64,000 bases of DNA from positions 1,054,001 through 1,118,000 of the forward strand of contig OX597822.1 in assembly GCA_951406725.2 (NCBI GenBank), in the 5' to 3' direction. The position numbers and the translations under genes were made by a program. The notes beneath the pieces are model-generated. The model saw nothing but the letters and a program-made list of their open reading frames with translations, did not search any database and had not been told where the DNA came from. The DNA comes from Octopus vulgaris (taxonomy: Eukaryota). Shown here piece by piece: positions 55,320-64,000 of the stretch (position 1 is its first letter; each line of letters begins with the position of its first letter).

Positions 55320-56340
55320 CAATAGCAGATCAGCACTACCACTGAGCTTTCATTCAGAAGAATTGCAGAAAAGTTTAGAATCATGAAATAAAAGACTGAC
55401 AATTATGTTTGTGGATTTCTACAAAACATTTGATAGTATCAGCAAAACGATTATGTTGCATATACCGTTGAACTACAATATTCCAGATGACATTGTCAAA
55501 GCTATCACCACCATATCTGACAACATCCAATTCATTGTGCAATATACATTCGCTCCTAAGGCAGCGAGCTGGCAGAAACGTTAGCACGCCGGGCGAAATG
55601 CTTAGCAGTATTTCGTCTGTTTTTATGTTCTGAGTTCAAATTCCGCCAAGGTCGACTTTGCCTTTTATCTTTTCGGGGGTGATAAATTAAGTACCAGTCG
55701 TGTACTGAGGTCGATCTAATCGACTGGCCTCCTCCCCTAAAATTTCAGGCCTTGGGCCTAGAGTAGAAAAAAGAAACAGACGCTCCTAAGGCGGCGAGCT
55801 GGCAGAAACGTTACCACGCCGGGCGAAATGCTTAGAAGTATTTCGTCTGCCGTTACGTTCTGAGTTCAAATTCCGCAGAGGTCGACTTTGCTTTTCCTCA
55901 TTTCGGGGTCGATAAATTAAGTACTAGTTGCAAACTGGGGTCAATCTAATCGAGTGGCCCCTCCACAAAAATTTCGATCCTTGTGCCAAGAGTACAAAAG
56001 CATATACAGACGCTCCAATTAAAGAGTTTCTAACTACAACAGAAATCATTCAGGAAGACACCCAACATTCTTTTCTCATTGGGATGGTAATAGTCTCATT
56101 ATCAATTAGAAGCGATAAAAAAATTGAGTGTATATAATTGTGAATTTGACAATGCCCTGACATTTTATAAAAAACGCGATATGCAAGACTTGTTAATATT
56201 ACTCGACCATGCAGCAACAAAAAGTGTTCTGTTTCTCGATGCAAAGAAAATTGAATGCACGAACCTACTGTGTATGAAAAACAACTTATTATTTGTTCTG
56301 AGGCACTCACCTCAAAAAGGTTGTTGACTTCAAGTATCAT
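55320..56340 (+). pseudogene. RTE-type RT remnant split by a SINE family A dimer (55557-56000)
   Basis: IMFVDFYKTFDSI..YNIPDDIVKAI before the SINEs and FLTTTEIIQEDTQHSFL after (compare FVDF.KAFDS..YGIP..IV; TGVLQGDTLAPFLF). Confidence 0.75.
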
Positions 56341-56343
56341 GTG

Positions 56344-56401
<58 letters not shown>

Positions 56402-56405
56402 ACAA

Positions 56406-56437
<32 letters not shown>

Positions 56438-56470
56438 ATTTATATATATATTTTTTCTTTTTTTTTCTCT

Positions 56471-56896
56471 AGTTTCAGCTCAGAGCTGCGGCCATGCTGA
56501 TGCACCGCCGTTTTGTGCTACACTGTAATTGCGAAGAACCTCGTCTAATATGTGGCACTTGGTGAAGAATGGAGTTTGATATAGCTACTCTCATTTGCAC
56601 CTCTTGCCGTGAGGTAGGTTCATCTGGGACTCTCGACAGGAAGATGTCCAGCTTTGATTGAAAAACCGCTACATCCACTTTGTGCAAGTTCATCAGACTC
56701 TTTGGTAGAATATTAAAAAGCTGTGGGCCCTTGAAACCCAGGCTGTTGCAGAAGCTGGTCCTGAAGCGTGATGGCATTGCTGGGATCTTTGGTACTATGC
56801 AGTGTCGTCCCGTTCTAGCATTGGTGTAGCTTACAATGCCAAAATTTGGCACAATTCCTTCCAGGATCTTCCAGACATATATTACTGCATACCTCC
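56471..56896 (-). pseudogene. CR1/L2-type LINE 3' end
   Basis: RRYAVIYVWKILEGIVPNFGI..NARTGRHC..NSLGFKGPQLFNILPK..FQSKLDIFLSRVPDEP, ending GGCGGTGCATCAGCATGGCCGCAGCTCTGAGCTGAAACT. Confidence 0.9.
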
Positions 56897-56925
56897 TATA
56901 TATATATATATATATATATATGTAT

Positions 56926-57308
56926 AGGCGCAGGAGTGGCTGTGTGGTAAGTAGCTTGTTTACCAACCACATGGTTCCGGGTTCAGTCCCACTGCGTGAC
57001 ACCTTGGGCAAGTGTCTTCTACTATAGCCTCGGGTCGACCAAAACCTTGTGAGTGGATTTGGTAGACGGAAACTGAAAGAAGCCCGTCGTATATATGTTT
57101 ATATATGTGTGTGTGTGTTTGTGTGTCTGTGTTTGTCCCTCTAGCATTGCTGGTGTGTTTATGTCCCCCGTCTTAGTGGTTTGGCAAAAAGAAACCGATA
57201 GAATAAGTACTGGGCTTACAAAGAATAAGTCCCGGGGTCGAGTTGCTCGATTAAAGGCAGTGCTCCAGCATGGCCGCAGTCAAATGACTGAAACAAGTAA
57301 AGAGTAAA
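56926..57308 (+). mobile_element. SINE family B, best full-length copy (tRNA-like head, CORE-like block, internal microsatellite, LINE-like tail)
   Basis: A-box-like TGGCTGTGTGG and B-box-like GGTTCAGTCCC. GTGACACCTTGGGCAAGTGTCTT resembles the CORE/MIR block. Roughly 20 related pieces occur in the window. Confidence 0.9.
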
Positions 57309-57823
57309 GGGTATATGTGTGTTAGCGTGTGTGTATGCATATTTATATGAGTGTATGTATGACTGTGTGTATCTGAGGATGTCGAGTGCCGCACTAAGAA
57401 CCTTGAGGTTTTTACATCTATCCTGCTTTGTTCGTTACAAAAGAATGTTGCTGAAGCTAAACTCTGCTTTGTATTCCTCTGGACTCGTCTCGTGTCGTTG
57501 TAACATGTAGAAGCAAGACTAAACTAGAATGGCTTAATCCACAATACATCTTTTGTACAATATGAATCTTTATATCAATGCGATAACTTTATATATATAT
57601 ATATATATGTATGTGAATAGCCTAACTTCTTAAATAACCGGTTTCGTTTTCGGTATATTGAAACAATGAGGCGTGTCAGTATACGCCATTTCAGTTCACT
57701 TACTGTTTTACATCCAAATATCATTGTTTTCAAATATAAATCTTTTGATCCTGGCTCAAAAGTTATGTGCGTATGCATGTTTGTCTATATATGTATGAGT
57801 GTATATTTGTGTGTGTGTAATAC

Positions 57824-57859
<36 letters not shown>

Positions 57860-57860
57860 C

Positions 57861-57893
<33 letters not shown>

Positions 57894-58220
57894 ATGTATA
57901 TATATATGCGTGTGTGTATATATACACAGTTGGGGCCAAAATCAGGCACCAAATATTTCACATTTTATTATTATTATTATTATTATTGAGTGAGAGAGCA
58001 GTTCATGCCATCAAAGTGACACTGGGGTAAAATATACGAAGCCCAATATACCCATCATGACTACCCGTCTGATAAGGGTACACCAGGCACATGCATCACA
58101 ACCATATGTAAACGGTCCCAAGGTCAAACAACTGACAAGCAAATCTGTGGTATTGAGCAGAATATTTGCTGTAACCCATCTTTTATACCAAGACAAAACA
58201 ATGTACATGATAACACTTCC

Positions 58221-58275
<55 letters not shown>

Positions 58276-58464
58276 TTTGTCCATCATGTACAAGTACATC
58301 TGTATTTGCCATTATTTTATTCAACTTATTTTGTGCGTGCCTTTCATCCTTTAGGGGGTCGATTAAATAAGTACCAGTTACGCACTGGGGTCGATCTAAT
58401 TGACTTAATTCCTTTATTTGCCCCCTCTATATTTAGCCCCCTGTGGGCAATAAAGAATACACTG

Positions 58465-58538
<74 letters not shown>

Positions 58539-58586
58539 TTGATTAATGTGAGAAACAGAAGGTGGAAGATACGAGAAGTTTTATTG

Positions 58587-58692
58587 ATCACTACAATTGT
58601 TTCTGTCCATCTAGCGTCGATCCGTCGCGTGTGGTATACTGAGCATCTGGTTTAGGCGTATCCGTTTTTGTAGATGTGTCTCGTCAGGTGAT
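58587..58692 (-). ncRNA. Type I hammerhead-like motif with a long stem II insertion
   Basis: Minus strand ATCAC-CTGACGA-gacaCATCTA..TAGATGgaca-GAAAC-AATT-GTA-GTGAT with palindromic ACAATTGT. The base of stem II is mismatched. Confidence 0.6.
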
Positions 58693-58796
58693 TTCAAGAG
58701 GTATCTCGTTAAAATAAACCCTGTTTCGCAAGATTTCTTCTTGGTTTTCGTATATAGGAATGGTAAATTAACGTATACAGCTTCATTCTTCTAGAA

Positions 58797-58936
58797 AAGA
58801 GGTTCCGAACCTGGGGTCCACAAAGGTAGTACTGGAAGTTCGTGGAGTAAATTCAAAGTTTCGCACACATAATGATAAGCATATTAATAGGGGTCCGTGG
58901 GGAAACTCATTTGAATAAAAGGGATGGAAGCCACCG
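58797..58936. mobile_element. hAT (Charlie-type) MITE nested in the PLE
   Basis: Exact 8-bp TSD TTCTAGAA at 58789-58796 and 58937-58944. Degenerate ends aagaggttccgaac / gatggaagccaccg resemble CAGTGGTTCCCAAC-type TIRs. Confidence 0.7.
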
Positions 58937-59734
58937 TTCTAGAAAGTCCATATATAATCAGATTATTATAGAATTCAATGTTGATAATGTAAATGTTACT
59001 TGCTTTATCTGCTGGTAAAGTATCCCTGGAGCTTTCTCGAAGTTATCAGGTAATTTCTTAATTTTCCGTTAATGTTTGTTGTGCTTTCTAGGGTACTTCC
59101 TGAATTTCACTTTAACTATATTATAAGAGTTCCTCTTCCAATCTGGTTAGGTGTTGGTTGGTCGATGGGTCTTTCCTTCATTTAAGCACTTTTCTGAGTA
59201 AGTCTCCAGTTTCAGGCTTTTCATGTGATATATCTTTTCTGTCAAAGAAGAAAACCTTCCACCGCATTCTGTATATGAACTGGCTGGCTTTTCTCCAAGA
59301 GTGTTCCCTATAGGTATATCTTTTAGCGAAAGGTCGAGTGTTACTTTTACCATTTTCGTGGCACACTCCCTTATAGCATCTTACTCCCGGGAATCAGTCG
59401 TTGTAGTTATTAGTTAATGTATCGTATGGTAAACACATGGTAGTTTGCCGGTAAGCACTGGCTCAGTGTTCGTTGGGTATTTGATTAAAGAGAGAGACGG
59501 AAGATGGAAGATACAAGAATCTTTATTAATCACGACAATTGTTTCGACATGTGACAGTTAGAAAGCAAGGAATATACATCTGGCTTACGAAATCTCGGCC
59601 ATAGAGTTTGGAATTCCGCAAAGATACCTTTTATCACTAGTTTTATTTGGAATAGTGCAAACACCACGAATTGTAACCATCCCGCATCGCATAAAATATA
59701 AGGTGGTTGCGTCCAATGTTTCTATCCAGTATCA

Positions 59735-60012
59735 GTGGTAATATTTATCCCTTTAAACGCGGATGTTGTGTTAGAACAAACTATACTGCGGTAGATAACG
59801 AGAGAAAATCTCATAATGGCTTTTGGTGCAAAATGCACCCTTGTTTATATCGCTAGCAGGGAGGTAAATCCGCCCAGTCTGCAGCACCGAAATCAGCAAT
59901 ATGAGAGTTTCTCTTATGGTATCTACCGCAATATAGTATGTTCCAACAGAACATCGACGTTTAAGTAGGGATAAATATTATCTCTTGGTATTAATACCGC
60001 TTCTGTCGCTAA
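59735..60012. repeat. Palindromic MITE-like element
   Basis: Arms of about 95 bp (59735-59829 and 59884-59982) are imperfect reverse complements. Same family as 7868-8082. Confidence 0.7.
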
Positions 60013-60642
60013 TACATATATTTTTTTTATCTAGGCCAATGTCAGTATTTTATTTTGGAAACGGCAGGATTCGTCCGCAAAATATATTTAAGCAAAGGAA
60101 CCATGATCCACTTCCTCGTCGAAAGTGATTTAACTTACATTATGTCACTAAATTAATGAACCTTGTTACTTCCCTTTGATTCTGCCCTCTCCCTGTCAAA
60201 GTCACAGCCGTCTCACTATAACAGGCTTTCACCGCACAAGCCTCCACTTCAATCGGTCCGTTTCACCACTCCTTTATTTATTTATTTCATTATGAGTTGA
60301 TATTACTGTTCTAGCGGGAAATGAAGATGGTTGTGTAACCTAATGCCCCACACCTGCAGAAGAATTAACAACCCTATAACAACCACACCTGTAAACACAC
60401 TAACCGCCCAGAAACACACCTGATTATTGAGCTGGTGTTTCATTTTAGCACTTTGTCTCGTTTAGCTGCCTTTTAAGTTATAATGAATTATTCTTTCACA
60501 TCTTAACGCGTTCTCTCTCTCTCTCTCTCCCCCCCTCTCTGTATATGTATATATATATAAACATATATATACATATAGTATACACATATACTCACATATA
60601 TAAACATATAGTCATATACATATCTGATAATTACATTTGTAA

Positions 60643-60685
<43 letters not shown>

Positions 60686-60824
60686 CATACATATGTGTGT
60701 GTGTATATATATATATATGTATGTATACATACATGAATATATATATATGTTTAAATACATACATGTATATATATATAAATACATACATTATGTTATATAT
60801 ATATATACATACATACATACAACC

Positions 60825-60892
<68 letters not shown>

Positions 60893-61643
60893 ATATGTAT
60901 ATATACACGATTAGTAGTTATGTTTGCCTCATGAAAGGATGGTGTCAAACAAGGAAATATTTTGAGGGAATTAATTTTCTTAAAATATTAGGTATATATA
61001 TATATACATCACACACAGACCATTTTCACACTCTCCTGTCTCAGAATGCACTTTTCTTCATTATTTCTATTTCCGGTCACTTAAAAAATGTAACTGCACG
61101 TGATTGTCGGCGATTTTTTTCCTCCTTCGTCTTGGACTTCCCTATTGTTCCTGTTTCTGAAGTAGAAGTATCACTGTCGAAGCATAAAACTACTACTCTT
61201 TTCCTTCTGTGAGCATCTTATTAATACGTTGTTTGTGCTACGTACAAACGTTTGTTTGTTTTCCTTTTCTCTGTCTTTTTTTAATTGACTATATATATAA
61301 GGGAAGAAAAAGAAAATGGAGATTGAGAAGTTGATAATTGTTTATTGTCAACAACGAATCAATGAGGGATGAGCGAACCTAATTTAAACATGCCTATTTT
61401 ACACATATTTAAGGGTTTTTAAAAAATTAAAATGGTTTAGGAACAGGAGAATGTACCTCATGAAACACGCGTAGCCAAGTTATAAAACAGTAGGTACTTA
61501 AAATAAAAATTATGTTTTATATGGTGAGAGATAGGGGTCTACTATCTCTAAATTAAATTATATTTCTTCATTGAGAAGAATTTGAACCTCTGTTATGCCG
61601 GAAGTTTTATTCCCTAATAAAATAAAATTTAAATATATATATA

Positions 61644-62035
61644 CTAGCAGTATCGCCCGGCGTTGCTCGAGTTTGTAAGGGAAATAACTATATAAGCATT
61701 TTTAGAGATGTAAAGTATAATAGCCATCTCAATATGGCTAACCACAAAGGGGGGTGTTACTGTAGCTTTTTACGCTCTGAGATTTAATAATAAATTTTTA
61801 GAGAGTTACTTCCCTTATATATGCCAAAAATGCATTAAAAATGGGAAAAATTGATGGTAAATTGTTTTTAAAATCGTAGACTCATTGTAGACGCGCGCTA
61901 ATACCCAGAAGGGCTCGATATGAATCACGACTATAAGATACCCGGTTTTGGTTAAACTGCACCGCAAAATGTGGGAGTAGTTAGGAATCTAAATCGTAGG
62001 AGACAGACAGCACACAACCTCTCTTTTATATATAA

Positions 62036-62038
<3 letters not shown>
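61644..62038 (-). mobile_element. Non-autonomous Helitron, second family sharing the 3' terminus
   Basis: ctagcagtatcgcccggcgttgctcg.gtttgt matches 6017 onward, with a different interior. The minus strand starts TCTTTATATATAAAA. Confidence 0.8.
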
Positions 62039-62081
<43 letters not shown>

Positions 62082-62084
62082 GGT

Positions 62085-62425
62085 ATGTGGAATCTTGGGC
62101 AAGTATCTTCTACTATAGCCTTGGGCCAACTAAATCCTTGTAAGCAGATTTGTTAGACGAACGCTGAAAAAGCTCGTCGTATATATATGTGTGTGTATGT
62201 GTTTGACCCCCCCATCCCCCCTGCACCGCTTGACAACCGGTGTTGGTATGTGTTTATGTCCCCATAACTTAGCGATTTAGCAAAAGATACCGACAGAATA
62301 AGTAATCAGGCTTTAAAAAAAAGTAAGAACTGGAGTCGATTCCTAAAGATTCTTTACAGTATATGTACATACGTTTGTGGCGGTGCCACAGCATGGCCAC
62401 AATCTCAATGCGGAAACATAAAAAG
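62085..62425 (+). mobile_element. SINE family B, 5'-truncated (another piece on - at 63900-64000)
   Basis: cttgggcaagtatcttctactatagcc..ggcggtgccacagcatggccac. Confidence 0.8.
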
Positions 62426-62649
62426 GAATAATGCATATATAAGTACTTTCTTTACTTGCATTGATGTACGCAATCAAGGGTTGTGTCGGTGATTCCTTGT
62501 AGTGATTAGCACAGCTTTACGGTTTATTGCAGGCGCAGCGTTCGAATCCCAACTGTGATATTACCTTTGTCGGTCTTGTTTTTCTTTGTGGTCTATATAA
62601 ATCCCTAACTCCCTCCCTCCCTCCCTAATCCTTACATACATTCATACAT

Positions 62650-62906
62650 TATGATGCTCGTCCATTCGTGACCGAGGAAGACCATTGCTGACTTCTAGGA
62701 ACATTGTACGCTCTAGGACTAATTTATATCATGCATTTGCGGATCCGTTGGTGGCTAATGAGCCCTGCTCTTGACAAGCATACGCCACTGCAAACATTGC
62801 AGACCAAGCTTTCCCCATTCACTACACTAGCAGTGCGTTTTCGAGCGGTACCCTTAAATTCTTCATTCAAAATACGTGCTCTCACAAAGGTGCAATGCCT
62901 GTGCAA
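62650..62906 (-). pseudogene. RTE-type LINE C-terminus and 3' end
   Basis: LVCNVCSGVCLSRAGLISHQR matches the C..C...C.SR.GL.SH.R terminal zinc-finger motif of RTE/BovB-type ORFs. Confidence 0.7.
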
Positions 62907-63180
62907 GAAGATTTTTTTTTAAAGTGAGGAAAGGTTGAGTCAGTCCCATTCACTAAGCAACAGCAGCCATAATCCGAAAAGAAGAACAAATCAACATCAT
63001 CGGTAACCACTGAGCCGCAGGTTTTATGTCGGAGTTATCCCAGTTACCTGAGTTACCTTCTCCTAGAAGGATGCCCTAACCAAGGCTAGGACTCCTTCAC
63101 TCCCAATGGTTTAACCGCGCATCATACCAGCCTTAAGACATTTATTGGATGGCCGTTGACTCTCAAGAGTTCCTCCGCCC

Positions 63181-63212
<32 letters not shown>

Positions 63213-64000
63213 CATACATACATACATACATACATACATACATGCCAACATGGATACATGAGATATACATACACATGTATACACGTACGTATACACCAGT
63301 ACATTACATTTATGTGTATGCTTCTGTGTGTGTGTGTGTGTGTGTGCTTTACATTATATTCATGATTTATTTTACTGATATTTTTGTTTCGGCCAATTAA
63401 TTTGTTAATTTGTTATTTTATGTATGTCTTTATGGATCTATCAACGTATTTGTATGTAATGTAGCAGATACATACATAAATATATACAAAAATATATGCA
63501 TGTATGAAAAGTATGCATATACGTATATTCATATGTATGAATACACGCGCGCGCGCGCACACACACACACATACACACACAGATATATATAATGTCCATA
63601 CATATAAGTATACATATATACATACTTGGCAGCAGTCAAATGACTGAAACAAGTAAAAGACAGAAAGAGAGATATACATACACACGACGAGCTTCTTCCA
63701 GTTTCCGTCTCCTAAATCCACTCACAATGCTTTGGTCGGTCCGAAGCTATAGTAGAAGAAACTTGCCCAAGGTGCTACGCAGTGAGATCGAACCTGGAAC
63801 CGTGTGGTTGTGAATCAAGCTTCTTACTACAAAGCCACTGTTTGCGAGGTGGTGTGATGTTTTACTGTATGCGTTTGTTTCGATGATGTGAGGTGGGGTA
63901 GCAAATCGACCCCAGGACTTATTCTTTGTATGCCTAGTACTTACTCTATCGGTCTCTTTTGCCGAACTGCTAAGATACGGAGACGTAAACACACCAGCAT

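Larger units (their letters stand above)
58545..59560 (-). mobile_element. Internally deleted Penelope-like element with direct pseudo-LTR pieces
   Basis: Direct repeats gaag.tggaagatac.agaa..tttatt.atcac.acaattgtttc at about 58558-58603 and 59500-59545. Minus-strand N-terminal PLE peptides LSLKDIPI, FIYRMRWKVFFF, LPADKASNIY. Confidence 0.7.

Noticed and set aside
57985-58220. Segment bracketed by (TTA)n tracts
   Set aside because: Probably a retroelement 3' end on the minus strand, but there is only one copy in the window and no coding motif, so it cannot be classified.
61455-61478. GAAACACGCGTA half-hammerhead (similar halves on the minus strand near 39600, 52025, 52330 and 57640)
   Set aside because: No matching CUGANGA with paired stem I nearby.
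62490-62560. tRNA-like fragment with GTTCGAATCCC
   Set aside because: The cloverleaf cannot be completed; at most a decayed SINE head.

Overview
AT-rich animal genomic DNA; the repeat families and TTAGGG tracts suggest an octopod cephalopod such as Octopus (inference, not verified). I can support no host protein-coding exon, rRNA or CRISPR array, and almost all ORFs in the track are microsatellite translations. The window is a mosaic of microsatellites, at least four tRNA-headed SINE families, CR1/L2-type and RTE-type LINE fragments, five Penelope-like element (PLE) remnants, Helitrons (a decayed helicase plus non-autonomous copies), and mariner-, hAT- and other TIR-type MITEs. The strongest hidden signal is RNA-level. 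About ten hammerhead-ribozyme (HHR) cores, near-intact to decayed, occur in unrelated repeats, and several have palindromic stem III. They include a 335-bp ORF-less tandem/inverted unit resembling a non-LTR retrozyme (18791-19555), a complete HHR (44446-44520), a tRNA-like cloverleaf upstream of an HHR in a PLE tail (12248-12430), and two cores in type II order. All alignments and folds were done by eye and boundaries are approximate.
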